DNA from: an uncultured delta proteobacterium
GTDB lineage: Bacteria; Myxococcota_A; Polyangia; Polyangiales; Polyangiaceae
Length of the DNA stretch: 64,000 nt
Assembly: GCA_963782055.1 (NCBI GenBank)
Contig: CAWAIF010000003.1
Location: 96,001 to 160,000 of the forward strand
Reading direction: 5' to 3'
Positions 29,747 to 40,098 of the stretch are shown piece after piece. The position numbers were made by a program, and so were the translations under genes. Numbering within the stretch: the first letter of the stretch is position 1; each line of letters starts with the position of its first letter. A model generated the notes under the pieces. It saw nothing but the letters and a program-made list of their open reading frames with translations, ran no database searches and had not been told where the DNA came from.

Positions 29747-30436
29747 ATGACCACCGGGACAGCAGCCGTCGCCTTCTTCCGGACCCGCTTCCGGGCCGAG
29801 GGCACACCGGAGCGCGCGCAGGGCAACAAGGCCTACCTGAAGAGCACCCTCCTCTTCTACGGCGTCCCGCAGCCGGGCATCCGCCGCGCCGCGGGGGACT
29901 ACCTGCGCGCTCACCCGCTGCGTGACGCGGCCGACCTTCGCGCGGTGTGCCGCGCCCTGTACGCGACCGAGGAGCACGAGCTCTGGTCGGTCGCCATCGC
30001 CCTGCTGGAGAAGCAGCGCGCGCTGCTGCAGGCCTCCGATCTGCCGTGGCTGGTGGACCTGGTGCGCCGCTCGGCGGGGTGGGCGTACGTCGACTGGCTC
30101 GCCGCGAAGGTCGTCCCCGCACCGCTGGCGAAGACATCCAGGCCGGAGACGCGCGTCCGGCGCTGGGCGCGCGATCCGGACCTCTGGGTGCGCCGCACCG
30201 CCCTGCTCTGCCAGCTCGACGCCCTCCGCCACGGCGGCGGGGACTTCGCCCTGTTCGAGGAGATCGCAGCGCCGATGCTCGTGGAGAAGGAATTCTTCAT
30301 TCGCAAGGCCATCGGGTGGGTGCTGCGCGACGTGGCGCGCAAGCGGCCCGCGCTGGTGCGAGGCTTCGTGTCGCGACACCGGGGCGCGATGAGCGGCCTG
30401 ACCCTGCGCGAGGCGACGCGCCACCTCGGGACGTGA
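29747..30436 (+). CDS. AlkD-like DNA alkylation repair protein
   Basis: WAYVDWLA, DLWVRRTAL, EFFIRKAIGWVLR, REATRHL. Confidence 0.88.
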   Translation: MTTGTAAVAFFRTRFRAEGTPERAQGNKAYLKSTLLFYGVPQPGIRRAAGDYLRAHPLRDAADLRAVCRALYATEEHELWSVAIALLEKQRALLQASDLPWLVDLVRRSAGWAYVDWLAAKVVPAPLAKTSRPETRVRRWARDPDLWVRRTALLCQLDALRHGGGDFALFEEIAAPMLVEKEFFIRKAIGWVLRDVARKRPALVRGFVSRHRGAMSGLTLREATRHLGT

Positions 30437-30519
30437 GGCCCCGCGCCCGGCGCGCGCCTGATCGCCTTGACTCCGCGGTACGTGGTGTCATAGCGCCCAG
30501 ATCCTTCGCGGCAGCACTC

Positions 30520-31587
30520 ATGAGACACCCACTCCTTCCTCTCCTTGCGGCCCTCCTCCTCGGGGGGTGCTCCTCCTCCCTCTCTCCTGCCAACCCCGGG
30601 GGCGACGACGCCGGCACCGGCGACGACGCCGCCACGCCGGACGCGGGCGATGGCGCTGCGCCGCAGGGCGACGCGGGTGTCTCCGGGGACGCCGCGCCGC
30701 CGCCAAGCAGCCAGATCCGCGTCATCGTGGAGCCGAGCGACAAGGGCGCCGCGCTCCTCGCCGCGATCCAGAACGCGACCAAGTCGGTCCACATGACGAT
30801 GTACCTGCTCACCTCCAACGAGATCGTCTCGGCGCTGGTGGCGCAGCACCAGGCGGGTCACGACGTGAAGGTGGTGCTGGACAAGAACGGCGTGCAGAGC
30901 AGCAACCAGAGCGCCTACGACACGCTGAGCAAGGCGGGCGTGGCGGTGCACTGGGCGCCGAGCAACTTCACCTACACGCACGAGAAGTGCGTCATCGTCG
31001 ATGCCACCCAGGCGTGGATCATGACGATGAACGCGACCTACTCGTCGCCCACGAGCAACCGCGAGTACCTCGCCGTCGACGACGGCGCCGCCGACATCGC
31101 CGAGGCGGAGGCGATCTTCCAGGCGGACTACGCGAACAAGGCCATCACGCCGAAGGGCCCGCTCGTCGTGGCGCCGGTCAACGCGCGCGACGACCTTGTC
31201 GCGATGGTGCAGACCGCGAAGAAGACGATCGACATCGAGGCCGAGGAGATGAGCGACACCGCCTTCGTCGACGCCCTGGACACCGCGTCCGACGCCGGCG
31301 TCGCCGTGCACATCGTCCTGTCCGACGCGACGCCGTACGCCTCCCAGGACACGGCGGTCGCGCTGCTGAAGCAGCACGGCGTCAAGCTGGTGCAGGTCTC
31401 CAAGCCGTACATCCACGCCAAGTCGATGGTCGTCGACGGCGCGACGGCGTTCGTCGGGTCGGAGAACTTCAGCGGCGGCTCGCTCGGCTACAACCGGGAG
31501 GTCGGCGTCATCTTCGGGATCCCGTCGGAGGTCCAGAAGGTACTCACCACGACAGTCGCCGATTTCGGCAAGGGCACGCCGCTGTAA
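30520..31587 (+). CDS. phospholipase D-family lipoprotein
   Basis: Lipobox LGGC; two HxKxxxxD motifs (HEKCVIVD, HAKSMVVD) and GSEN. Confidence 0.88.
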   Translation: MRHPLLPLLAALLLGGCSSSLSPANPGGDDAGTGDDAATPDAGDGAAPQGDAGVSGDAAPPPSSQIRVIVEPSDKGAALLAAIQNATKSVHMTMYLLTSNEIVSALVAQHQAGHDVKVVLDKNGVQSSNQSAYDTLSKAGVAVHWAPSNFTYTHEKCVIVDATQAWIMTMNATYSSPTSNREYLAVDDGAADIAEAEAIFQADYANKAITPKGPLVVAPVNARDDLVAMVQTAKKTIDIEAEEMSDTAFVDALDTASDAGVAVHIVLSDATPYASQDTAVALLKQHGVKLVQVSKPYIHAKSMVVDGATAFVGSENFSGGSLGYNREVGVIFGIPSEVQKVLTTTVADFGKGTPL

Positions 31588-31646
31588 CCCTGCCGTCACA
31601 CCTTTCACAACCACGCGCCACGGGCTCGGGGTATATGCCGACTGTC

Positions 31647-32378
31647 ATGCCCCGCTTCACCCTCGCCCTCCTCTGCCTCACCGCCGGTCTCGCCCTCGCC
31701 GGGTGCGCCACTGCGGTGGAGGCCAACCTCGGCGATGACGACGCCGGTCAGGCCGATCACGCCTCGCCCGGCAAGGACGGGTCGAGCGGGTCGGAGGGCG
31801 GCACCGGCTTCCCCGACGCGGGAGCCGGTGACGCGGCCACGGACGATGGCTCGGTCGTCCAGGACGCGGGACCGCCCGCCGATGCGTCGCCCTGCGCCGC
31901 GAGCGGGACCCTCGCCACCTACGACTTCACCGGGGAGCCCGGTAACCAGAGCTCGACGGCGTCGGCCTCGGCGGTCGCCGGCATCAGCGCGGGGAGCATC
32001 AGCCGCGCCGCCAACCTCACGGCCGTCAGCGGCGCCAACTCCATCAACGCCAGCGGCTGGTCCACCGCCGGCCTGGACAAGTCGCTCTACTACACCTTCA
32101 CCATCACCCCGACCTCCTCCTGCGCACTGGACCTGACGTCGCTCGGCATCGATACCAAGGAGAGCGGCACCGGCCCGGCGTCGCTCGCCGTGGCGACGAG
32201 CGCCGACAACTTCGCCTCCACCACCACGTTCGCGATCAACAGCTCCACCAGCGTGGCGCTCTCGGTGAGCGGCGCGACGAAGGCGGTGGAGGTGCGCGTC
32301 TACGGCTACGACGCCACCGGCGCCGGCGGGACGATGCGCATCCAGACCACCCTGACCGTCTCCGGCGCCCTGAAGTAG
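31647..32378 (+). CDS. hypothetical lipoprotein
   Basis: Lipobox LAGC; DAG linker and beta-rich C-terminal domain. Confidence 0.75.
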   Translation: MPRFTLALLCLTAGLALAGCATAVEANLGDDDAGQADHASPGKDGSSGSEGGTGFPDAGAGDAATDDGSVVQDAGPPADASPCAASGTLATYDFTGEPGNQSSTASASAVAGISAGSISRAANLTAVSGANSINASGWSTAGLDKSLYYTFTITPTSSCALDLTSLGIDTKESGTGPASLAVATSADNFASTTTFAINSSTSVALSVSGATKAVEVRVYGYDATGAGGTMRIQTTLTVSGALK

Positions 32379-32406
32379 GGGCGCCACCCTCCCCCTCGCG
32401 CCGACG

Positions 32407-32805
32407 TCACACGCGCGCGCCCTTGCCACGCCGCCTCGTGCGCGAGAGCACCAGGGCCCCCGTGCCGAAGGGGATCAGCCCCAGGAAGACGCCGGCCGCC
32501 AGCGAGGTGCGCCCCTCGGTGTTCGCGCTCGTTTGCCGTGCCTCGAGACGGGAGAAGGAGGAGCCGCGACCAATCTCCGCTGCGTCGAGAGGGCGGGACG
32601 TCGCGAGCAACATGGACGAGAGCCCGGCGAAGACGCAGGCCGTCGCGCTCCCCACGGCGAGCCACGCGAGAAAGCGGCTCCTCGCGCGCCGCCGGGCCGC
32701 CAGCACCAGCCCGGCGAGACCAAACCCGGTGCCGGTCAGGAAGAGCGCGGCGATGAGCAGAAACGGTCCCGCGTTCCAGCCTACGTCTTCTGCGGCTGAC
32801 CCCAT
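32407..32805 (-). CDS. small membrane protein
   Basis: Three hydrophobic segments. Confidence 0.55.
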   Translation of the reverse strand: MGSAAEDVGWNAGPFLLIAALFLTGTGFGLAGLVLAARRRARSRFLAWLAVGSATACVFAGLSSMLLATSRPLDAAEIGRGSSFSRLEARQTSANTEGRTSLAAGVFLGLIPFGTGALVLSRTRRRGKGARV

Positions 32806-33170
32806 CCGTCCCTCCCCCCATCGGCATCGTGCATGCTGCAGAGCAGGACGATCGCCTCCTGGCGCGTCCTGGTGCACGGGACGAGCACGCCGACGTCCGC
32901 CTGGAACGTGGAGCGGTTCTTTCGTACCCACGTCAGCGGCCCCACCCAGCTCACTTCCCCGCACTCGGCGTTCGCCACCGCCGTCAACAGGAGAGCCGCG
33001 GTCTCCGCGGAGCGGCAGAGCATGTCGACGGCCGCGTGGACCAGATCCATTCTCGTGTAGCCGTAGACGCGCGCCGCCTCGTGGTTGGCGTCGAGGATCG
33101 TCGCCGTACGGGAGTCGAACGCCCACACGGGGAACGGGCTGGCGAAGGAGGTTGTGGACGCGGAGGCCAT
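32781..33170 (-). CDS. stand-alone PAS domain protein
   Basis: PVWAFD...ILDANHEAARVYGYTR...RKNRSTF. Confidence 0.65.
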   Translation of the reverse strand: MASASTTSFASPFPVWAFDSRTATILDANHEAARVYGYTRMDLVHAAVDMLCRSAETAALLLTAVANAECGEVSWVGPLTWVRKNRSTFQADVGVLVPCTRTRQEAIVLLCSMHDADGGRDGWGQPQKT

Positions 33171-33247
33171 CGGAACCAACCTGGGGCCAAAACGCGACCC
33201 GAACCATCCACAATGGCCGTGACTCGGAGGCTCGGAAGTACCGAGGG

Positions 33248-34489
33248 TCAGCGCGTCGGCCGGCGGCCGCGCCGCGCGCGGCGGGGGACCGGGACGATGG
33301 GAACGGCAATGCGTGCGCGGGTGCCGTGCCTCGGCCTGGACGTGATCTCGAAGGTGCCACCGAGGTGGCCCACCTGCTCCCGCACGCTGAAGAGGCCGAA
33401 TCCCGCGAGTCGCGCTCCTCCTCGCGCGAAACCCCGGCCGGGGTCCTCCACCGCGAGGTGGAGCTGGCCCCCGGCGACGCCGAGGGTCACTGCCGCCTGC
33501 CGCACGCCCGCGTGCTTGGACACGTTGACCAGCAGCTCGCGCGCGCAGCGGAACAGCACGGCGGCCACGTCGTCGTCCAGCTTGGGGACAGGGCTGGTGC
33601 GACGTAGCGTCACCCGGAGGCCGAGCTGCCGGGTCAGGTCCTCGGCGAGCCAGCTCAGCGCCGCCTCCAGGCCGAGGTCGTAGAGCACCGGCGGGCTCAG
33701 CTCGAAGGTGAGCGTGCGCGTGTCGTCGATGCACTGCTGAAGCAGGTGCATCGTGTCCTTTAGCGCGGCCTGCGTCTCACGGCTCCGGGCCGCGGGCAGC
33801 GACGCCAGCTTCATGTGGGCCGCCGCGAGGCCCTGGCCGATGCGGTCGTGAAGGTCGGCGGCGATGCGGCGCCGCTCGCGCTGCTCGGCGAGCGTCGCGT
33901 CGAACGCCATGCGCTGAAGCTTGCGCTGGTAGGTGCGGACCTCGGTGAGGTCGATCATGGCGAGCTGGAAGGCGGCGCCGCCCGCCGTGGGTCCTGCGGC
34001 GGCGAGGACGTCGATCTGCACCGGGACGGGGCGTCTGCCGGTGCCCTGCACCACGACCTCGCACGAGCGTCGACCGCCGTCGGCGGTGGCGCGTAGCCGC
34101 TCGCGATAGAAGGTGTCGGCGTCGGCGGAGCCCATGAACGTGGCGAACTGCCGACCCCGGAGCTCGGCGCGCTCGGCCCCGAGCAGCGCGGTGGCGCTCA
34201 CGTTCGCCTCCAGGATCTTGCCGGCGCGGTCCAGCATCAGGTGCGCGGTGGGGGCGAAGTCGTAGAGCTGCTGGTAGCGGTCGCGACTCTCGCGCAGCGC
34301 GAGCTGCGTGCGACGAAGCTCGTCGTTCTGCATCTCCAGCTCGACCTGGTGCACTTGCAGCTCGTGCAGCAGTCGCTTGTCGGCGAGAGAGGGCTTCCCC
34401 TTCGTCGCCGTCGTGTGCGCCGCGCCGCCCTTCGACAGGACATTCTCCGCGCGCCGCCGCAGACCGGGCCGTGGCGCGCCGCGACTCAC
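33248..34489 (-). CDS. PAS sensor histidine kinase (HisKA_3/NarX type)
   Basis: LHELQVHQVELEMQN, PAS, ERRRIAADLHDRIGQ, ELLVNVSKHA, GFGLFSVRE; GTGA overlap with upstream gene. Confidence 0.9.
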   Translation of the reverse strand: MSRGAPRPGLRRRAENVLSKGGAAHTTATKGKPSLADKRLLHELQVHQVELEMQNDELRRTQLALRESRDRYQQLYDFAPTAHLMLDRAGKILEANVSATALLGAERAELRGRQFATFMGSADADTFYRERLRATADGGRRSCEVVVQGTGRRPVPVQIDVLAAAGPTAGGAAFQLAMIDLTEVRTYQRKLQRMAFDATLAEQRERRRIAADLHDRIGQGLAAAHMKLASLPAARSRETQAALKDTMHLLQQCIDDTRTLTFELSPPVLYDLGLEAALSWLAEDLTRQLGLRVTLRRTSPVPKLDDDVAAVLFRCARELLVNVSKHAGVRQAAVTLGVAGGQLHLAVEDPGRGFARGGARLAGFGLFSVREQVGHLGGTFEITSRPRHGTRARIAVPIVPVPRRARRGRRPTR

Positions 34490-37488
34490 GACTTTCCCTT
34501 CGGGGGGCGCACGTACGGCGTGATGTCCGTCGCGACGCACGAGACGCCGCCGTCTTCCCGCACCGGCTCGACGAAGACGTCGTAGGAGCGACGCTCGCCG
34601 TCGACCACCAGCTCGACCCGGCTCCTGGCGGCCTTCCTGGACTTCTGCACCGCGCGCTTCAGCGCAAGGAGATCCCGGGCGCCGCGCGGGCCGAAGATCG
34701 CCACGTCGGTCTTGCCCTCGATGTCGCGCGCGCGCCGGCCGAAGACGGTGCTCGGATACGACCACGTGTAGCGCAGGTCGCGGTCGCTGCCGAAGACGGA
34801 GGTGGCCGAGTGGGCGAGCGTCGCGAGCAGGCGCTCCTGCTCCCGCTCCAGCCTCCGCGCGATGCTGATGTCGACGAAGGTCAGGACCAGGCCGTCGATG
34901 ACGTTCTCGGTGGTGCGGTACGGCAGGATGCGCATCAGGTAGGAGATCGGCTCGCCGCCGTCCCGGGCGCCCTCGACGGTGACCTCCTTGGGGATGAGCG
35001 TGCGGAGCACCTCCTGCGCGTCGTCGACGAGCTTGTCGTAGCGGAGCGTCGACACCAGGTCGCCGATGGGTCTGCCGACGTCGGAGGGGATGAGCCGGAT
35101 GACCTTCTTCGCCTGCTCGGTGAAGCGCTTGATGCGCAGATCGCCGTCCATGAAGATGGTGGCGATGTCCGTCCCGTTGAGGAGGTTCTTCATGTCGTCG
35201 TTGATGTGCGACAGCTCCTCCACCTTGCCCTGGAGCTCGGCGTTGACGGTCTGAAGCTCCTCGTTGAGCGACTGCAGCTCCTCCTTCGATGTCCCCAGCT
35301 CCTCGTTGGCGCTCTGCAGCTCCTCGTTCGTCGACTGGAGCTCCTCGTTGGTGGATTGCAGCTCCTCGTTGGCGCTCTGCAGCTCCTCCGTCGTGGCCCG
35401 GTGGCTCTCCTTGGCCTGCTCGAGCTCGTTCTCCAGCGCGACGACCCGCGCGCCCGCGTGCCTGGAGGCCCGAAGCCCGCGCGCCGGACCCTCCTCCCGG
35501 GCCTCGACGCTGCGCTCGAAGGAGATGCAGAAGAGGCCGCGCAGCGCCGCGGGCTCTCGCAGTCGGCGAACGCGCACGTCCACCCGCGAGTGCGAGCCGT
35601 TCGTCTTGACCAGGACGCCGCGCTGCACCACCTCGGCGTCCTGGCCGGCAGCCTGCCGGATGGCCGCGGTCAACACGAGCGGCAGACCCTCGCGCGCCAT
35701 GTTGAAGACGTTCGCCGCCGCCTGCGCGCCCGGCGCCGGCTCCAGGAACTGCCCGGTGCGACCCTGGACGTGCACCACGTCACCGCGCTCGCGGACGATG
35801 ACCGTCGGCGGCACCAGGTCCTTGAGGATGGCCCGCTCGGCGAGCTGCGCGAGGGTCCGGTGGCCGTGCGTGCCGCCCGCGGCCCCGCCCTCCGCCAGCG
35901 TCCTCGGGAGCCCGGCGCCGATCGCCGGCGGGAAGTCCGCCACGTAGGTGCCGGCCGGCGCGTCCAGGCGACGGAAGATCTTCCACTTCCGGTCCAGCGG
36001 CTCGAAGAGGCGCGTGAACGGAGCCGCCGACTCCGACGATCCGAGGAAGAGGATCCCATGCGCCTTGATCGCGTAGTGGAAGAGGGGAAAGACCTTCTTC
36101 TGCAGGCTGTTGTCCAGGTAGATGAGCAGGTTGCGGCACGACAGGAGGTCGACCTTGGTGAAGGGCGGGTCGGCGAGGACGTCCTGCGGCGCGAAGACGA
36201 CCATCTCGCGCAGCTCCTTCTTCACGCGGAAGCGGTCGTCCTCCTGCGTGAAGAAGCGCGCCAGCCGCGTCGCGGAGAGGTCGTTGGCGATGCCGAACGG
36301 GTAGGTGCCCCTGCGCGCGGAGGCGACGGCGTCGGCGTCCAGGTCGGTCGCGAAGATCTGGACGCTGAGCGAGCGCTTCGCCTCGTCCATCGCCTCGCGG
36401 AAGAGGATGGCCAGCGAGTAGGCCTCCTCCCCCGTGGAGCAGCCCAGCACCCACGCGCGCAGGACGTAGTCGTCCGGCTTGTCCGCGAGCAGCTGCCGGA
36501 TCTGCCCCGCGAGCGCCTCCCACGCCTCCGGGTCGCGGAAGAAGGAGGTCACGCCGATGAGCAGCTCCTTGAAGAGGAGATCGATCTCCTCCGGGTGGTT
36601 CCGGAGGTACGCGACGTACCGCTGCATCGAGCCGAGGTGGTGGACGACGATCCGCCGGTCGATGCGCCTCTGCACCGTGCTCGACTTGTACTGGGAGAAG
36701 TCGTGGCCAGTCCGGCCGCGCAGGAGCGAGAAGACTCGCTGGATCGGCTCCTGATGCCCCTCGTGCCGAGCCTCGTGCGCCTTCGCCGGAACCCGGGCTC
36801 GTTCGTACGCGATCAGCCTGTCCGGCATGTCCTCCGGCGGCAGCACGTAGTCCACGAGCTGCGTGCCGACCGCGCTCTGCGGCATCCCGGCGTACTGGGC
36901 GGACTTGACGTCCTGCGCCATCACCATGCCGAGCTCCGCCTTGATCTCCTTCAGGCCGAGGGTCCCGTCGGTGCCCGTTCCGGAGAGGATGACGCCGACC
37001 GCGAGCTCCTTCCGGTCCTGGGCGAGCGAGCGAAAGAAGTAGTCGACCGGCATCGGGATGGGGATCCTGCGCCCCACCGCGGCCGACTGGAGCACGCCGT
37101 CGACGACGGCGAGGTTGTCCCCCGGGCGGGAGGTGTAGACGTGGTCTGGCTCGAGCGGTGTCGACTCCGACGCCTGCACGACGGGCATCGAGGTCCTCCG
37201 GCTCAAGAGCTCGGCCATGAGGCTCGCCTGGCCGGCGTGCTGGTGAGTCACCACGACGAACGCCATGCCGCTCGACACCGGCATCGCGGCGAAGAAGGCC
37301 TCGATCGCCTCGAGGCCGCCGGCCGAGGCGCCGATGCCGACGACGGGGAAGGCCTTCCGCGGGCGCGCATGCGCGGCGCGCTCCGGGGCGGGCGCAGTGG
37401 CGGCCTTCTTGCGCACCGCCGTCGTCTTTCGCGCCCTCCCCTGCCGCGCGCGGCCGGCCTTCGATCCGCCCCGAACCGCCTTCGCCAT
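34486..37488 (-). CDS. CheB methylesterase-CheR methyltransferase-PAS fusion
   Basis: IGASAGG, ILSGTGTDG, IGVTSFFRD, GCSTGEEAYS, SCRNLLIY, repeated EELQSTN coiled coil. Confidence 0.92.
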   Translation of the reverse strand: MAKAVRGGSKAGRARQGRARKTTAVRKKAATAPAPERAAHARPRKAFPVVGIGASAGGLEAIEAFFAAMPVSSGMAFVVVTHQHAGQASLMAELLSRRTSMPVVQASESTPLEPDHVYTSRPGDNLAVVDGVLQSAAVGRRIPIPMPVDYFFRSLAQDRKELAVGVILSGTGTDGTLGLKEIKAELGMVMAQDVKSAQYAGMPQSAVGTQLVDYVLPPEDMPDRLIAYERARVPAKAHEARHEGHQEPIQRVFSLLRGRTGHDFSQYKSSTVQRRIDRRIVVHHLGSMQRYVAYLRNHPEEIDLLFKELLIGVTSFFRDPEAWEALAGQIRQLLADKPDDYVLRAWVLGCSTGEEAYSLAILFREAMDEAKRSLSVQIFATDLDADAVASARRGTYPFGIANDLSATRLARFFTQEDDRFRVKKELREMVVFAPQDVLADPPFTKVDLLSCRNLLIYLDNSLQKKVFPLFHYAIKAHGILFLGSSESAAPFTRLFEPLDRKWKIFRRLDAPAGTYVADFPPAIGAGLPRTLAEGGAAGGTHGHRTLAQLAERAILKDLVPPTVIVRERGDVVHVQGRTGQFLEPAPGAQAAANVFNMAREGLPLVLTAAIRQAAGQDAEVVQRGVLVKTNGSHSRVDVRVRRLREPAALRGLFCISFERSVEAREEGPARGLRASRHAGARVVALENELEQAKESHRATTEELQSANEELQSTNEELQSTNEELQSANEELGTSKEELQSLNEELQTVNAELQGKVEELSHINDDMKNLLNGTDIATIFMDGDLRIKRFTEQAKKVIRLIPSDVGRPIGDLVSTLRYDKLVDDAQEVLRTLIPKEVTVEGARDGGEPISYLMRILPYRTTENVIDGLVLTFVDISIARRLEREQERLLATLAHSATSVFGSDRDLRYTWSYPSTVFGRRARDIEGKTDVAIFGPRGARDLLALKRAVQKSRKAARSRVELVVDGERRSYDVFVEPVREDGGVSCVATDITPYVRPPKGKS

Positions 37489-37586
37489 CACGCCTCCACC
37501 CTGCTCGCGGGACGACCGGGTTTGCACGTCCTCCGCATCCCCGGGATACTTGGTCCTCGCGTGCGCCACAAGCGGGGAGGCCGACC

Positions 37587-38219
37587 ATGAAGATCATGCT
37601 CGTGGAAGACCATCACATCGTGCGAGAGGGCCTGCGCCGCATCCTGGCCAGCGAGGCGGACACCATCCTCGAAGCGGACAACGGGCGCACGGCGGTGCAG
37701 CTCGCGCGCGCGCAGAAGCCCGACGTCGTCGTGATGGACATCAGCATGCCGGAGCTCAACGGCATCGACGCCACCAAGCGCATCATCGCCGACAACCCCA
37801 AGACCAGGGTCATCGGCCTCTCCATGCGGACGGACCGCCGCTACGTCCTGGAGATGCTGGGCGCGGGCGCGGCGGGGTACGTCACCAAGAGCGCCGCGGC
37901 CGCCGACATCGTGCGCGCCGTCCGGACGGTGGCAGCCGGCCAGACCTACCTCGACCCGCAGGTGTCGGGGGCGGTGGTCGATGCGCTCCGCGCCCCGCCG
38001 GGCGAGCGCTTCCAGAGGAAGCAGCTCTCCACGCGCGAGCGGGAGGTGCTGCAGCTCCTGGCGGAGGGGCGCTCCTCCAAGGACATCGCCCGCGCGCTCC
38101 ACGTCGCCGTGTCGACGGTGGAGACCCACCGCCGGCAGATCGCGGCGAAGCTGGGCCTGAAGACGGTGGCGGAGCTCACGAAGTACGCCGTGCGCGAGGG
38201 CCTGACCTCGCTCGAGTAG
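37587..38219 (+). CDS. NarL/LuxR-family response regulator
   Basis: EDH...MDISMPELNG; LSTREREVLQLLAEG...TVETHR. Confidence 0.93.
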   Translation: MKIMLVEDHHIVREGLRRILASEADTILEADNGRTAVQLARAQKPDVVVMDISMPELNGIDATKRIIADNPKTRVIGLSMRTDRRYVLEMLGAGAAGYVTKSAAAADIVRAVRTVAAGQTYLDPQVSGAVVDALRAPPGERFQRKQLSTREREVLQLLAEGRSSKDIARALHVAVSTVETHRRQIAAKLGLKTVAELTKYAVREGLTSLE

Positions 38220-38268
38220 CCGCCGGGTCTGCGGCCGTCGCGACGCTTCTGAGCTATCCTCCCGAGCC

Positions 38269-38841
38269 GTGAAGCCAGGCCGCACAGCGACGCTCTCCCT
38301 CCGCCTCGCCGGCTGGCGCTACGAGGGCCCCGTTCCCCGGGCGAAGAAGTACGTCATGCTGGCGGTGCCTCACACGAGCAACTGGGACGGCCTGCTCCTG
38401 CTCATGCTGACGCGGAGCATCGGCCTGAAGCTGGAGTGGATGATCAAGGACTCTTGGGTGAAGGGACCGATGCGGCCGGTCATGCACGGTCTCGGCGCGG
38501 TGGCGATCGACCGATCTCACGCGAAGAACGTCGTGGAGCAGATGGTGGCGGAGTTCGACCGCCGCGACGCCTTCGTGCTGGCCATCCCGCCGGAGGGCAC
38601 GCGCTCGCGCGTGGAGCACTGGAAGTCCGGCTTCTATCACATCGCCCTCGGCGCGAAGGTTCCGGTCGTGCCCGGGTACCTGGACTACGGGCGCAAGCGC
38701 GCCGGGCTGGGGGAGCCCGTCACGATGACCGGCGACGCGCGGGCGGACATGGACCGCATCCGGGCGTTCTACGCCGAGAAGAACCCCACGGCGCACGACC
38801 CGGCGAGCTTCGGCCCGATCCGCCTGCGCGAGGAGGGGTGA
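38269..38841 (+). CDS. PlsC-family acyltransferase
   Basis: PHTSNWD, PEGTRS, WKSGFYHIA. Confidence 0.88.
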   Translation: MKPGRTATLSLRLAGWRYEGPVPRAKKYVMLAVPHTSNWDGLLLLMLTRSIGLKLEWMIKDSWVKGPMRPVMHGLGAVAIDRSHAKNVVEQMVAEFDRRDAFVLAIPPEGTRSRVEHWKSGFYHIALGAKVPVVPGYLDYGRKRAGLGEPVTMTGDARADMDRIRAFYAEKNPTAHDPASFGPIRLREEG

Positions 38842-38860
38842 GGGCGTCGCGTGTGGCGGC

Positions 38861-39916
38861 TCACCAGCTCCACGCGTCCGTGGACGGCGTGTAGATCAGG
38901 CTCGTGTCCGTCGGCGGGGGGAAGCTCGTCGGCAGCGCCGTCGCCGGCGAGCCCGCGAGCGCGAGGATCCGGCCGTCCTCGTCCGCGGTGACGCCCAGCC
39001 AGCCGCGAGCCTCCGGCATGGGCGCCCGCACGCTCCACGCCCGGGTGACAGGATCGTAGGCGTCCACCTCGGCGAGGAACTGGTCCCCCACGCCGCCCAC
39101 CGCGTAGATGAGACCGTCCGCTCCCGTGGCCGCGCCGAACCAGAAGCGCGCGACGGGCATGGGCGTCTCGGTGGTCCACTGCATCGTCGTCGGGTCGAAG
39201 GCCTCCACGATGTTCACCGCGAGGTTGGTGGAGTCCCGCCCGCCGAGGACGTAGATGCGCCCGTCCTTGCCGGTGACCGCCGCGCAGGCGAAGCGCGCCG
39301 TGGGCAGGGGCGGCCCCTGGTAGCTCCACGCCTTCGCCACCGGATCGTAGGCCTCCACCACGTCCAGCATGTCACCGCCGGCGTTGCGCCCGCCGACGGC
39401 GAAGATGCGGCCGTCCGGCGCCGCCGCCACCGCCAGGCCGAGGCGCGCCACCTGCATGTCCGGCAGCGTCGTCCAGGTGTCGGCGGCCGGATCGTAGGCC
39501 TCGACGTGGCTGGTGGGTGACGCGTTGCCGACGGCGCCGCCGACGACGTAGACCTTGCCGTCCTTGCCCGTCGCCGCGCCCGCCGCGTAGCGCGCGGTGG
39601 ACGGCGTCGCGGCGAGCGTCCACGCGTTGTCGTCGCGCGAGTAGACCTCCGCGGTCGGCACGATGCCGTCGGGTGCTTCGCCGCCGGCGACGAGCACGCG
39701 GCCGTCGCTCATCGTCGCCGCGGCGAAGAGGGCGCGCGGCTGGTTCATCGGCGCCATCGTCGCCGGGGTCGCGTCGGCGGCTGCGTCGCCCGCGCCGGCG
39801 TCGGACATGGCGGCGTCCGGCGCGGCGTCGGCCGGACCGTCCGCCGTCGAGCCGCAACCACACACCCCGACCCACAAGCCCACTGCCGCGAGGGAGACGG
39901 CGCCGCGCCAATCCAT
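38861..39916 (-). CDS. Kelch-repeat lipoprotein
   Basis: Repeated DGRIYxxGG...VEAYDP...W. Confidence 0.88.
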   Translation of the reverse strand: MDWRGAVSLAAVGLWVGVCGCGSTADGPADAAPDAAMSDAGAGDAAADATPATMAPMNQPRALFAAATMSDGRVLVAGGEAPDGIVPTAEVYSRDDNAWTLAATPSTARYAAGAATGKDGKVYVVGGAVGNASPTSHVEAYDPAADTWTTLPDMQVARLGLAVAAAPDGRIFAVGGRNAGGDMLDVVEAYDPVAKAWSYQGPPLPTARFACAAVTGKDGRIYVLGGRDSTNLAVNIVEAFDPTTMQWTTETPMPVARFWFGAATGADGLIYAVGGVGDQFLAEVDAYDPVTRAWSVRAPMPEARGWLGVTADEDGRILALAGSPATALPTSFPPPTDTSLIYTPSTDAWSW

Positions 39917-40098
39917 GACTCGTCCTTTCGACGTGCGGATTCGCACGCCCGCGTGATCGACGCCAGCGCATGTGCACGGGCGATGCCAACCGCGCCCCGG
40001 CGGCTGGCGGCGCGAAAGGTGGTCGCCGTGCCCTCCGCGGGCCTCGATGCGTCATTCCCCTGACGCATGCCCGGCCCTATGCTCCGCTCGCTTCTCCC

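Noticed and set aside
35250..35390. 21-bp tandem repeats
   Set aside because: They encode the EELQSTN/EELQSAN heptads typical of CheB/CheR fusions; not a CRISPR array or DNA element
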